DNA of 64,000 bases from Candidatus Eiseniibacteriota bacterium. Lineage in GTDB: Bacteria > Eisenbacteria > RBG-16-71-46 > JABDJR01. Location of the stretch: positions 928,001 to 992,000 of the forward strand of contig CAVXKA010000001.1 in assembly GCA_963762255.1 (NCBI GenBank), read 5' to 3'. The notes under the pieces are model-generated. The model saw only the letters and a program-made list of their open reading frames with translations. It had not been told where the DNA came from and searched no databases. The stretch's first letter is position 1. Each line of letters starts with the position of its first letter. Of this stretch, positions 35,366 through 45,275 are shown piece after piece. A program made the translations under genes and the position numbers.

Positions 35366-37224
35366 GATGCTTTGGGGCCGGAGCCGACCGAGGAATCGCC
35401 GCGCGCACCCCCGCCCGGGGTGGCAGCGGCTTCGCGAACGCGCCGGGCAGTGCGGGCCGCCGCGCGGGCCTCCTCGATGCGCCCCGCCATCGCTAAGCGC
35501 TGCGCCAACTCGCGCCAACGAGCCGGGTCCCGCGGATCGGCGAGAGCGGCGGCGCGCGCATAGGCGACCCCGGTCGACGCGGACCGGAATAGGCTGAACC
35601 AGCCCGCCTCGGGGGGCGCGCCCGCGGAATCAACGCGAACGAAGAACGCGCCGGCCCATGTCGTGTCCGATGCCGCGAACCCCGCGAGGAAGCTCCAGCT
35701 CGAATCGGGAAGCCGTGCCGCCATCAGCGGCGCGGGCCTACCGCTGGCTCTATAGGGGCGGTGTGGCGCCTGCACCGGAGCGTAGTGAGAGTCCCAGAGG
35801 AGCAGCGCTCCGGTGGGCGCGGCATCCAGCGCGCGAAACGAGGGGAAGCGCGTTCGATCGTAGGGGTCGCGCTTCAGATCCAGAGCCAGGAGCGGATGCG
35901 CGGAGAAGATCGGGCCGGATTCCATCACGGTGCGGGCGCGCAACCACCGCGCTGCGTCCGCGATCGATCGTTCTTCGGCGGTCGGCGTTCGCAACACGAG
36001 GCCCCGGTGGTCGCGAGCGAGACCGAGTGCGGCAAGCGCGACGGCCAGAGCGGGCAGCGCGCGCCGAAGCCGCCGAGGAAGGGCGTACGCGATCGTCCAG
36101 ACGACGGCCGCGGCGAGTGCGAAGAGATCCGTGCGCATGAGCGCCAGTTGCTCGCGATGGTAGGGGTGGCGCCAGAGCGTGAGGGTCCCCGCCAGCGCGA
36201 GCGCCAGGCCGATTCCGGTGGCGCGGCGCCTCGTCGCGCTCAGCGCACGCAGGCCGACCGACGCCAGAAGCGCGGCAGCGGGGGCGGCCATGGCCAGATA
36301 GCGGAGGTTTCCCCCTGTTCCAGGCCCGCCCGCGGCGAGGGCGGTGTAGAGCGCGAGCAGGGTGAGGAGCATGACGAGCGCGCCCAGCTCCGCCCGTCGC
36401 CCCGCGCCGCGCTCCTTGATCTCGGCCTTTCTTCGCGCCGCCTCGCGCGCGATGCGATCCGCGGCGCCCACCAGGACCGGAACGAGGATCCCGGGGCCGA
36501 GCACCCAGGCCAAGCTCTTCGCGTAGTGGAACGGCTCGCGAAGCGAGTAGTCGGGCCCCGCAAGGTGATGCGGCAGCCAAAGGGGATCGCCGCTGGCCAG
36601 CGCCCCGAACGCGTTCCACACGAGGAGGGGGGCCGGAAGCCACGCCAGGGCGGCGCGTCTTCGTTGCCGCCAGAGCAACACCGCCGCGAACGGCCAGAAT
36701 ACCAACAGCTCCGTCCGCACCAGCGGAAGCGCGGCGGCAATCGCTGCGAGGAGGCGCGGTCGTCGCTCGGCCACGGCCACCAAACCCCAGGCCAGCAGGG
36801 CCGCGGCCCAGGGCTCTGTCATGGCGGTACCGCAGTGTGCGAGGAGAAAGGGTTGGAGCAGGAAGAGCAGGACCGCCCAAATCGCCCCCGGTCCCCCGGT
36901 GTGCCGCGCGGCACGCGCCACCGCGGCCGCGGCGAAGCCTGTGGCCGCCGCCGTGGCGAGGCGCGCGCCGAGGAGGCCGGCCTGCGCGGGCAACGTAAGG
37001 GCGAGCGTCACCAGAGGCCTTCCGGCCAAGCCGATCCAGTTCTCGGGATGTTGGGGCGCGTAGCGAGCCAGAAGGTAGTGGAGTGCCTCTTCGTCGCCGG
37101 CCAACCCTCGGCTGGCCAGCGCCGCGAGGACGCCGGTGGCGCAACCGACTAACCAATACTTCGAGTTTGCTGAAGTGAATCTCGATCTCTTGTCGTCAGG
37201 CCCGATGTCGAATTCCTGCGCCAC
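35356..37224 (-). CDS. Polytopic membrane protein, GT-C (PMT/ArnT-like) glycosyltransferase with a C-terminal TPR-like helix
   Basis: Multiple TM segments; early acidic loop 'GDEEALHY', 'MTEP', 'RTE', 'LRYL'. Start uncertain. Confidence 0.6.
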   Translation of the reverse strand: MAQEFDIGPDDKRSRFTSANSKYWLVGCATGVLAALASRGLAGDEEALHYLLARYAPQHPENWIGLAGRPLVTLALTLPAQAGLLGARLATAAATGFAAAAVARAARHTGGPGAIWAVLLFLLQPFLLAHCGTAMTEPWAAALLAWGLVAVAERRPRLLAAIAAALPLVRTELLVFWPFAAVLLWRQRRRAALAWLPAPLLVWNAFGALASGDPLWLPHHLAGPDYSLREPFHYAKSLAWVLGPGILVPVLVGAADRIAREAARRKAEIKERGAGRRAELGALVMLLTLLALYTALAAGGPGTGGNLRYLAMAAPAAALLASVGLRALSATRRRATGIGLALALAGTLTLWRHPYHREQLALMRTDLFALAAAVVWTIAYALPRRLRRALPALAVALAALGLARDHRGLVLRTPTAEERSIADAARWLRARTVMESGPIFSAHPLLALDLKRDPYDRTRFPSFRALDAAPTGALLLWDSHYAPVQAPHRPYRASGRPAPLMAARLPDSSWSFLAGFAASDTTWAGAFFVRVDSAGAPPEAGWFSLFRSASTGVAYARAAALADPRDPARWRELAQRLAMAGRIEEARAAARTARRVREAAATPGGGARGDSSVGSGPKASAP

Positions 37225-37364
37225 GGGAGGGATTCTAGACCGAACCGGTTGACCGGTAAAGCGTTAGAGCCCCCCCACAAAACGTGAGTGAGATCATCAG
37301 GAAACCATCTTCGTCATGTGCTAGACTGACCTTTCCCCTGTGTTCTTACGGAGAGGCGGGAGTC

Positions 37365-37850
37365 GTGAATTTCTCCATAACGCGCCGCGGGGATTATGGG
37401 CTGATCGCGATCCTCTACCTTGCGCGCAAGAAGTCCGACGAGCTGACCCAGATCCACGAGATCGCGAGCCATTGCCGACTGCCGGAGCCGTTCCTGGCGC
37501 AGATTCTTCGCCTTCTCGTTCGTGGCGGTCTCGTACAATCGCGCAAGGGCGTTCACGGCGGGTTCTCTCTGGCTCGCAAGCCCCAGGACATCAGCTTTCT
37601 GGAAGTGCTCGAGGCGCTCGAAGGTCCGGTGGCCGTGAACCGGTGCCAGAACCCGGTCGTGGCCTGCGAACACGAGAGCGAATGCGCGATGGAGTTCGTG
37701 TGGTCGAAGGCTCAGAACGCCCTGGTGAACGTGCTGAAGGACGCCACGCTGGCCGACGCCTTTTGTTCCGGCCACTTTCCGTTCCTGTCTGGAGGAGGGA
37801 AGTCCTCCGGCGACGACTCGCACGCCGAGAAATCCCCCGCTCGAAACTGA
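37365..37850 (+). CDS. Rrf2 family transcriptional regulator (three-Cys, Fe-S type)
   Basis: ITRRGDYGL, FLAQILRLL, SRKGVHGGFSL, EALEG, C-x6-C-x5-C. Confidence 0.9.
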   Translation: MNFSITRRGDYGLIAILYLARKKSDELTQIHEIASHCRLPEPFLAQILRLLVRGGLVQSRKGVHGGFSLARKPQDISFLEVLEALEGPVAVNRCQNPVVACEHESECAMEFVWSKAQNALVNVLKDATLADAFCSGHFPFLSGGGKSSGDDSHAEKSPARN

Positions 37851-37866
37851 TCCGCGAGTGTCCGGC

Positions 37867-39027
37867 ATGATGCGCGGCGTGTATCTGGATCATCATGCCA
37901 CCACGCCCCTCGATCCGCGTGCCCTCGAGGCGATGTCGCCCTACCTGTCCGAGGAGTTCGGCAACGCGGCGAGCCTCACCCACGACTACGGCCTCCGCGC
38001 GCGTCAGGCGGTGGAGGACGCGAGAGCTTCGGTGGCGCGACTCCTCGGCGCGCGCTCGGAGGAAACCGTCTTCACGGCCGGGGCGACCGAGGCCAACAAC
38101 CTCGCGCTCATCGGCGCGGCTCGCTCCGCGCGCCGACATGGGCGCGGCACTCACCTCGTCACCACGGCGTTCGAGCACAACTCGGTTTCGGACACCCTGC
38201 GCGCGCTCGTCGACGAGGGCTTCTCCCTCACCACGGTCGCGCCCGAACCGGACGGCGTCGTTCCCCCGGACGCGATCGAACGCGCGATCCAACCCGGGAC
38301 CGTGCTGGTGTCGATGATCGCGGCCAACGCCGAGATCGGTACCATACAACCGGTGGCTGAAGTGGGTACGATCTGCCGCGCGCGCGGCGTCGTCTTCCAT
38401 ACGGACGCCACCCAGCTCGTGGGGAAGCTCCCGGTGGACGTCGACGCGATGCGGATCGACCTTCTCGCTTTGAGTGCGCACAAGCTCTACGGACCGAAGG
38501 GTGTCGGCGCGCTCTACGTGCGCAACGGCGTGGAGTTGGAACCGATCCTTTTCGGCGGGGGACAGGAGCGGGGCCGCCGCCCCGGCACGCTGAACGTGCC
38601 CGGCATCGTGGGCCTGGGCGCGACGGCTCGCTTCCGCCTGGACGAGATGGCCGCCGAGGCCGCCGCTCTGAGCCGTCTGCGTGACGACCTCTGGGCGGGC
38701 ATCCGCCGCCGTCTGCCCGATGCGCGCCTCAACGGCCACCCGACACGGCGCCTCCCCGGCAACCTCAACGTTTCGTTTCCGGGCGTGCCTTCGCACGCGC
38801 TCCTGAGCGCGCTGTCCGGGTTCGCGCTCTCGGCGGGTTCGGCCTGCCACAGCGGAACGACGGCACCCTCCGAGGTGCTGCTGGCCATCGGAGTTCCCCC
38901 GGAGCTCGCGGTGTGCAGCCTCCGCATCGGTTTGGGTAAAGGATCGTCGCAGGAACAGGTACAATCATTGCTGTCTTCTCTGGAACACGGGGTCCTTCAG
39001 GTTCGGAGGACCATCGAGGGGAACTGA
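37867..39027 (+). CDS. iscS: Cysteine desulfurase
   Basis: YLDHHATTP, GATEANN, HTDATQ, SAHKLYGPKG, GGGQE, RPGTLN, AGSACHSG. Confidence 0.9.
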   Translation: MMRGVYLDHHATTPLDPRALEAMSPYLSEEFGNAASLTHDYGLRARQAVEDARASVARLLGARSEETVFTAGATEANNLALIGAARSARRHGRGTHLVTTAFEHNSVSDTLRALVDEGFSLTTVAPEPDGVVPPDAIERAIQPGTVLVSMIAANAEIGTIQPVAEVGTICRARGVVFHTDATQLVGKLPVDVDAMRIDLLALSAHKLYGPKGVGALYVRNGVELEPILFGGGQERGRRPGTLNVPGIVGLGATARFRLDEMAAEAAALSRLRDDLWAGIRRRLPDARLNGHPTRRLPGNLNVSFPGVPSHALLSALSGFALSAGSACHSGTTAPSEVLLAIGVPPELAVCSLRIGLGKGSSQEQVQSLLSSLEHGVLQVRRTIEGN

Positions 39028-39031
39028 CATC

Positions 39032-41146
39032 ATGGCTCGCACATCGCTTATCGTCTCGTCTCTCCTGCTCGCGGCACTCGTTCTCCTCGCGTTCTCGCCT
39101 GGCGGGCCCCCTCCGCCTGCGCGCTTGAGTCCGGGCCTGGCCCGGCGCGCGATCGAACAGCCGGGGGCACGCACCCTGGCCTGGGTGTTTTTCACCGACA
39201 AGGGGCTGAATGCCGCCGAGACCGCGCGCGCGCTGCGCACGGTGGAGCGCGGGCTCGATGCGCACGCGCGGGCCCGCCGAGCGCCCCTCGGTGCGAACCT
39301 CGGCCTCGATGCCCTCGATCTCCCGGTCCACGCGCCCTACGTGGACCAGCTCCGCGCCCGGGGCTTCACCGTCCGCCGGGTAAGCCGCTGGTTGAATGCG
39401 GCGAGCATCGAAGCGCCCGCGGTGAAGCTCACGCAACTCGAGGGGCTCGGGTTCGTCCGCCGTATCACCCCCGTGCTCGCGCGACGCGGACCGATCGAAC
39501 CTCTGGTTGGAGATGCGCGTGAAGCCGCCAAGACCGGCGTGATGTCGGCGGCTCAAGCCCCGAGCGACTCGCTCGAGCACCTCTTCTACGGACCCTCCTA
39601 CAACCAGTTGGACCAGCTCCAGGTGTTGGCCATGCACCGGATGGGTTACAGCGGGGCGGGCGTGCGTGTGCTGATGCTCGACACCGGCTACAAGAAGGAC
39701 CATCCCGTCTTTGCGTGCGCGCGCGTCATCGCCGAATACGACTTCGTGATGGAGGACGGCAACACCCAGAACGAGGGTGCGGACAACGTGAACCAGCACA
39801 ATCACGGCACCGGGACCTGGGCGACGCTGGGGGGCTACGGACCAAAGGCCCTCATCGGCCCCGCCTTCGCCGCCGAGTTCGTGCTGGCCAAGACCGAGGA
39901 CATCGTCCACGAGGTCCATGCCGAGGAAGACAACTACATCGCGGCGCTGGAGTGGGGGGACACGCTGGGGGTGGACGTGGCCTCGGCAAGTCTCGGCTAT
40001 TGGGATTTCGACGACTCGACTTCTTACACTCTGGCCGATCTCGACGGCGACACGGCTCCGATCACGATCGCCGTGGACATCGCCGTGGCCAAGGGCATGT
40101 GCGTGGTGAACGCGGCGGGCAATGCGGGCCCCAACCCCAGCACGATCGGCAGCCCCGCCGACGCGGACTCCGTGATCTCGGTGGGTGCGGTGGATTCGCT
40201 CGGCGTGATCCAGGCATTCTCGAGCCGCGGACCGACGGCGGACGGGCGCATCAAGCCCGAGGTTTGCGCGCGGGGCCGCAACACCTATTGGGCCCAGGCC
40301 TGGACGAACGCCTACGGGCCGGCCAACGGCACGAGCCTGGCCACGCCTCTCGTCGGGGGGCTGGCAGCGCTACTCAAGGAGGCCCACCCGGATTGGCCGG
40401 GCGAGACCATCCGCGAGGCGCTCATGGGCACGGCCACGCGCACCGGCACGCCGGACAACGCGTACGGGTATGGAATCGCGCAAGGCGTTTCCGCCATGAC
40501 CCACAACGGCGCAACGCCGGCGCCGGCTCGGATGACCCTGCCGTTCGCGCTGCTCGCGCCGGCGGACGGCGCCGTCGTGAACTCCGTGGCGCCCACCCTG
40601 CGCTGGGGCGCGTCCGACCCGGCGAGCCCGGGCGACGTCGCGAGCTACCGCGTGATCGTCTCGGCGAGCGCCACCTTCGCGGCGCCGGACACGTTCTCCG
40701 CGGGTCCCGACACCACGCTGCACCTTCCCGTCGTGTTGACGCCCGGTTCCACCACCTGGTGGAAGGTGGAGGCGATCGGCAATCAGGAGTACGTCCGCCG
40801 GAGCATGAACGTGCACGCGTTCACGGTGAACTCGACCGTGGCCGTCCTGCCGGGGGATGGCGTCGAGGCCCCCGCCTACGCGCTGCATGCGGCGCGGCCG
40901 AACCCGATGCGCGCGCGCACCATGATTCCCTATCGCGCGCCGGTGGGTGCGCGTTTCTCGCTCGATATCTTCGACGTTACAGGGAGGGTCGTGCGGCGCT
41001 TCGATCTGATCGGTGCGGGCGGTGTAGCGACGGTTACGTGGGATGGGCGCGACAGCGCCGGCCGCGAGGTCGCGGCGGGCGCGTACTTCTACCGGCTGCC
41101 GGCCCATCAGCCTGCGGGTGCCGGTCGCTTGATCCGCCTCCCCTAG
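39032..41146 (+). CDS. S8 subtilisin-like serine protease with C-terminal FlgD-Ig/CTD domain
   Basis: Signal peptide; LDTG, HGT, AAGN, NGTSLATP; CTD 'PNP...IFDVTGRVVR...WDGRDSAGREVAAGAYFYRL'. Confidence 0.92.
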   Translation: MARTSLIVSSLLLAALVLLAFSPGGPPPPARLSPGLARRAIEQPGARTLAWVFFTDKGLNAAETARALRTVERGLDAHARARRAPLGANLGLDALDLPVHAPYVDQLRARGFTVRRVSRWLNAASIEAPAVKLTQLEGLGFVRRITPVLARRGPIEPLVGDAREAAKTGVMSAAQAPSDSLEHLFYGPSYNQLDQLQVLAMHRMGYSGAGVRVLMLDTGYKKDHPVFACARVIAEYDFVMEDGNTQNEGADNVNQHNHGTGTWATLGGYGPKALIGPAFAAEFVLAKTEDIVHEVHAEEDNYIAALEWGDTLGVDVASASLGYWDFDDSTSYTLADLDGDTAPITIAVDIAVAKGMCVVNAAGNAGPNPSTIGSPADADSVISVGAVDSLGVIQAFSSRGPTADGRIKPEVCARGRNTYWAQAWTNAYGPANGTSLATPLVGGLAALLKEAHPDWPGETIREALMGTATRTGTPDNAYGYGIAQGVSAMTHNGATPAPARMTLPFALLAPADGAVVNSVAPTLRWGASDPASPGDVASYRVIVSASATFAAPDTFSAGPDTTLHLPVVLTPGSTTWWKVEAIGNQEYVRRSMNVHAFTVNSTVAVLPGDGVEAPAYALHAARPNPMRARTMIPYRAPVGARFSLDIFDVTGRVVRRFDLIGAGGVATVTWDGRDSAGREVAAGAYFYRLPAHQPAGAGRLIRLP

Positions 41147-42243
41147 ACACTGCCGATCGACTTCCATACTCCGGGGATCGCAGTCCCGCAGTCGGGGCAA
41201 ACGCCGGTCGGTCCCACGCGGTTCTCCACCACGAAGAACCCTCGGCGGCGTATGACGGTGGCGCCGCAGTCGTGACAGCGCGTGTTCTCCCACTCGCCTA
41301 CGTCTCCAGGCCGGTTTCCGGTGTAGACGTAGCGTAGCCCCGACTCGACGCCGATTTCCGCCGCGTGGAGCAACGCCTCGACGCGCGTGGACGGAGTGCT
41401 GTCCATCTTGTAGTCGGTGTGAAAGCCGGTCACATGCCAGGGGATGAGGGGATCCACGCGCGCCAACCACCGCGTCAGCTCGCGCACCTCGGCGTCGGAG
41501 TCGTTGAACCCGGGCACGAGAAGCGTGACCACCTCCACCCAGAACCCGCGCCGCTTCGCGTTCTCGATGGTTTCCAGCACGTTCTTGAGCACGGTTCCCA
41601 GCCGTCGGTATTCGCGGTCGTTGAACGCCTTCAAGTCCACCTTGTAGAGGTCGGTCCAGGGGCGAATCCAGTCCAGCACCTCGGGGGTCGCGTTCCCGTT
41701 CGAAACGTAGCCGGTGACAAGTCCCGCCTCCTTCGCTTCGCGGAACACCGCCATGGCCCATTCACTGGTGATGAGCGGCTCGTTGTAGGTGGAGATGACG
41801 AGCCGCGAATCGGTCGTGACCGCGGTGCGGACGATGTCCACCGCGTCGATGTCGCGGGGGGGCGGCACCGAGCCTCCATCGCGTAGCGTCTGACTCGTGA
41901 GCCAATTCTGGCAGTAGGGGCAATGGAGGTCGCAGCCCAACATGCCGAAGCTCAACGCTTTCGACCCCGGCAGCGCGTGGAAGAAGGGCTTCTTCTCCAC
42001 CGGATCCACCGCCAGCGACTCCACGTAGTCGAACGGCACCCGCAGCACCCCGTCCTCGTTGAAGCGCACCTTGCAGATGCCGGGCTGGCCGGCGGGAACC
42101 CGGCAGCGATGGCCGCAGGCCAGACATTGGACCCAATCGGGTTTCTCGGGGATCGGCCGGACCAGGGCGGGGTCGGCGGGAGCGGTGCGGGAGCGGAGGA
42201 GAGATTCGAGCGTCGCCGGCCCAGAGTTCATGTTGCGGATCAT
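41143..42243 (-). CDS. amrS: AmmeMemoRadiSam system radical SAM enzyme
   Basis: CLACGHRC, DPVEKKPFFH, GCDLHCPYCQNW, TYNEP, VSNG, VYTGN, CHDC...CPDC. Confidence 0.9.
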   Translation of the reverse strand: MIRNMNSGPATLESLLRSRTAPADPALVRPIPEKPDWVQCLACGHRCRVPAGQPGICKVRFNEDGVLRVPFDYVESLAVDPVEKKPFFHALPGSKALSFGMLGCDLHCPYCQNWLTSQTLRDGGSVPPPRDIDAVDIVRTAVTTDSRLVISTYNEPLITSEWAMAVFREAKEAGLVTGYVSNGNATPEVLDWIRPWTDLYKVDLKAFNDREYRRLGTVLKNVLETIENAKRRGFWVEVVTLLVPGFNDSDAEVRELTRWLARVDPLIPWHVTGFHTDYKMDSTPSTRVEALLHAAEIGVESGLRYVYTGNRPGDVGEWENTRCHDCGATVIRRRGFFVVENRVGPTGVCPDCGTAIPGVWKSIGSV

Positions 42244-42313
42244 AGAGGTCACCTCACGCTCATTCTCTCACCGCCGTCGGACGGTCTCTACCGCTCTTTG
42301 CTATCCTCGCCGC

Positions 42314-43222
42314 ATGCGTTCGCACCGTACCGAGTTGGGGCCCTATCTGGACCGTCTGGCGGGAATCTACGGCCCTGGCCATCTCGAGAGCGATCCGATC
42401 GCCGAGGTGCGCCGGTTCGAGCGACCCGAGGACCGCGAACTCGCGGCCTTCCTCGCCGCCGGGCTCGCCTTCGGGCGGGTCGACCTCATCCTCGCGCACC
42501 TGCGCGATCTCTGGGAGCGTCTGGATCACGCGCCCGCTGCCGTGGCCGACGCCTGGCGTTCGTCGGACGCCAAACGGCTCGACGGCTTCGTGCACCGATG
42601 GGTGGACGGCGGGCATCTGGCCGAGGTCATCGCCGCGCTCGGCCGCGCGAGGCGCCGTCACGGATCGTTGCGCGCGGCATTTCTCGCCGGCTACGAGCCG
42701 GAGGCGGACGACCTCGCCGAGAGCCTCTCGCGGTTCGTGCGTGTGCTCCAAGGCGAGCTACGCCGGGGCGACGCCCGACGCGCGCCGGAGGCCCGCGAAC
42801 TTCCCCAGGGGATCCGCACATTCTTCGCCGATCCCGCCGCCGGCGGCGCCTGCAAGCGACTCAACCTCTTCCTGCGGTGGATGGTGCGCCGCGACGACGG
42901 CATCGACCTCGGGCTGTGGGCGCCGGTGCGCCCCGCTCAACTCGTGATGCCGCTCGACACCCACGTCGCACGCCTGAGCGCGTATCTCGGGCTGACCACG
43001 CGCCGGACCGTCGACTGGAAGATGGCCCGCGAAGTCCGTGATCGGCTCCGCGAGTGGGATCCGACCGACCCTGTTCGTTACGACTTTGCGCTCTCGCGGC
43101 TCGGCATTCTCGATGCGTGTCCACGCCGAGTCGATCCTGCGAAGTGCGCGGCGTGCTCGCTGGTTCCGGTGTGTGTGCTCGGGCGTGACCGCGCACCGCT
43201 GGCCGCGAGCGTTGCCGCCTGA
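42314..43222 (+). CDS. TIGR02757/DUF2400 family protein (HhH-GPD-like)
   Basis: SDPI, LAFGRV, ACKRLNLFLRWMVR, DLGLW, PLDTHV, DPVRYDFAL. Confidence 0.85.
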   Translation: MRSHRTELGPYLDRLAGIYGPGHLESDPIAEVRRFERPEDRELAAFLAAGLAFGRVDLILAHLRDLWERLDHAPAAVADAWRSSDAKRLDGFVHRWVDGGHLAEVIAALGRARRRHGSLRAAFLAGYEPEADDLAESLSRFVRVLQGELRRGDARRAPEARELPQGIRTFFADPAAGGACKRLNLFLRWMVRRDDGIDLGLWAPVRPAQLVMPLDTHVARLSAYLGLTTRRTVDWKMAREVRDRLREWDPTDPVRYDFALSRLGILDACPRRVDPAKCAACSLVPVCVLGRDRAPLAASVAA

Positions 43223-43234
43223 GGAGACCCCGTC

Positions 43235-44053
43235 ATGACCGAACCCGAACTGATCCCGGTGGAGGAGCGCCCCGCGGTGCTCATCGTGGCCGGTCTCGAT
43301 CCCTCCGGCGGAGCGGGGCTTGTCACCGATGCCGCGGTGATCCGCGCCTTCGGACTCCATCCTCTCACCGTGCTCACCAGCGTGGCGGTGGAGAACACTT
43401 CCCGGGTGGCGCGCCGTCACGATCTTCCTCCCACGCTCGTGCAGGAGCAGCTTCTTGTCTTGAGCGAGGAGTTCCTGCTGGGGGCGGTCAAGACCGGCAT
43501 GCTCGCCAACGCCGGAATCGTGGAGGCTCTCGCTGCGTGGCTCGCCGAGCGGCCGCGCCTTCCGCTCGTGCTCGATCCCGTTCTGCGCGCGTCGAGCGGA
43601 GGGGGGCTCGCCGACGCGGGGCTGGTCGATGCGCTCAAGAGCCATCTGCTTCCCAAGACGCGCGTACTCACCCCGAACCTGGACGAAGCCTCCGCGCTCA
43701 CCGGGATCGCCGTCTCCGAGCGCGAGCAGGTGCCCGAAGTTGCGCAGAGGTTGCTGCAGATGGGACCGCAGTGGGTGCTGGTGAAGGGGGGGCATCTCCC
43801 CCGAGGCCGCGCCGCCGATTATCTGGTGGGTCCCGAGACGGCGTTGTGGATGGAGGAATCCCGCGCCGATCGCGACGTGCGCGGCACCGGGTGCGCGCTG
43901 GCCTCCGCGATCGCCGCCGGTCTCGCGCGGGGCGAATCGGTCCCCGAAGCTGCCGCCGCCGCCAAGGCGTTCATCACCCAAGCGATCGGAACCTCGTACG
44001 TCGCTGGACAGGGACGATTCCTCGGCGGGGCCCCGCGAGACACGGAGGAATGA
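43235..44053 (+). CDS. thiD: Hydroxymethylpyrimidine/phosphomethylpyrimidine kinase
   Basis: AGLDPSGGAG, VKTGML, LDPV, TPNLDEA, VKGGH, GTGCALASA. Confidence 0.88.
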   Translation: MTEPELIPVEERPAVLIVAGLDPSGGAGLVTDAAVIRAFGLHPLTVLTSVAVENTSRVARRHDLPPTLVQEQLLVLSEEFLLGAVKTGMLANAGIVEALAAWLAERPRLPLVLDPVLRASSGGGLADAGLVDALKSHLLPKTRVLTPNLDEASALTGIAVSEREQVPEVAQRLLQMGPQWVLVKGGHLPRGRAADYLVGPETALWMEESRADRDVRGTGCALASAIAAGLARGESVPEAAAAAKAFITQAIGTSYVAGQGRFLGGAPRDTEE

Positions 44054-45231
44054 ACCCCCGCCTCTTTCGCCTGTGCGCGGCGGCGTTTCTCGCCGACATG
44101 GCGCTCTACCTCACCATGACCGGAGTGCCCTATCGGGCGCTGGCGCTGGGCGCGGGCCCGCTCATTCTCGGATTGCTCCCGGCGGCGCGCGCGCTGCCCT
44201 ACAGCTTGAGCACGGTAGGGGCGGGGGCCCTCACCGAGGGGCGGGAGCGGCTCAAGTGGGCTCGGCTCAGCCTCATTGTGGCCATGGTTTCGGTGGCCGC
44301 TCTCGTCGTCGCGCCTGGACTTGTCTGGCTCTTCGTTCTGCTCGCCGTGCTGGGTACCGCCCTCGCTTTCTTCTGGCCCGCGATCCAGGCCTCACTTGCC
44401 GATCTCGCCGGGCAGGGGACGGTGACCGGAAACCTCGGATGGTTCAATATCGCGTGGAGTTCCGGAAAATCGGTGGGCTTCCTGGTGGGAGGCGCGATTC
44501 TGGCCGGAGTCGGGTTCGGCGCCCTTTTCGCTGCCGCGGCCCTGGCGATGCTCGCGGTGGCGCTGCTGCTGCGCGCGGTGCGGGTCGGGGGCGGTGAGGA
44601 TGCGCACAAAGCAGCGACGCCGTTCCACCCACCCCGCCTCATACCTCGAAACGTGGGGCGGTTCCGCCTGGCGGCCTGGATCGCCAACGCGATCGCGTTC
44701 GGGGTTGTCTCGGTTCTCAACCTCCAGTACCCGGACTGGCTGGAGCGCATGGGGCGCCCCGAAACCCTCTTCGGCGCGTATCTGGGCCTCATCTTCGCCT
44801 CCCAGACCGCCGCTTTCGCCCTTCTTGCCCGCTTTTCAGGCTGGCAGTACCGCGCCGCCCCGCTCCTCCTGGGTCAGGTGCCTGTGATCGCCGTCCTGCT
44901 GGTCCTTCCCCACCTCCGGGCCCCGGCGGCGATCCTGGCGACCGCTCCTCTGGTGGGCGCGGGCCTCGGAATGACCTACTTCGCCAGCCTCTTCTACTCG
45001 GTGGCCGAGGCAGGTAGTCGCGGACGCAATGCGGGGGTTCACGAGGCTGTCCTCGGGGTCGGCTCCCTGCTGGTCCCGATTCTGGGGGGCATCGCGGCCA
45101 ACGCGACGGGGCGCGCGGAGGCCCCCTATCTTTTCGCTGGGGCGGCGGCCATGATCGCTTTGGGTGTCCAGGGAGTGGTGCTGCTGCGCCCCCTGGCCGG
45201 AACTGGAACAGGCGCGGCCGGGCAGGGGTAA
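44050..45231 (+). CDS. MFS transporter
   Basis: About 12 hydrophobic segments; 'FFWPAIQA'; ATGA overlap with thiD. Confidence 0.85.
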   Translation: MNPRLFRLCAAAFLADMALYLTMTGVPYRALALGAGPLILGLLPAARALPYSLSTVGAGALTEGRERLKWARLSLIVAMVSVAALVVAPGLVWLFVLLAVLGTALAFFWPAIQASLADLAGQGTVTGNLGWFNIAWSSGKSVGFLVGGAILAGVGFGALFAAAALAMLAVALLLRAVRVGGGEDAHKAATPFHPPRLIPRNVGRFRLAAWIANAIAFGVVSVLNLQYPDWLERMGRPETLFGAYLGLIFASQTAAFALLARFSGWQYRAAPLLLGQVPVIAVLLVLPHLRAPAAILATAPLVGAGLGMTYFASLFYSVAEAGSRGRNAGVHEAVLGVGSLLVPILGGIAANATGRAEAPYLFAGAAAMIALGVQGVVLLRPLAGTGTGAAGQG

Positions 45232-45275
45232 GACAAGACACGTTCTCGGGCCGAAGCGGAGGGAGGTCACGGACC

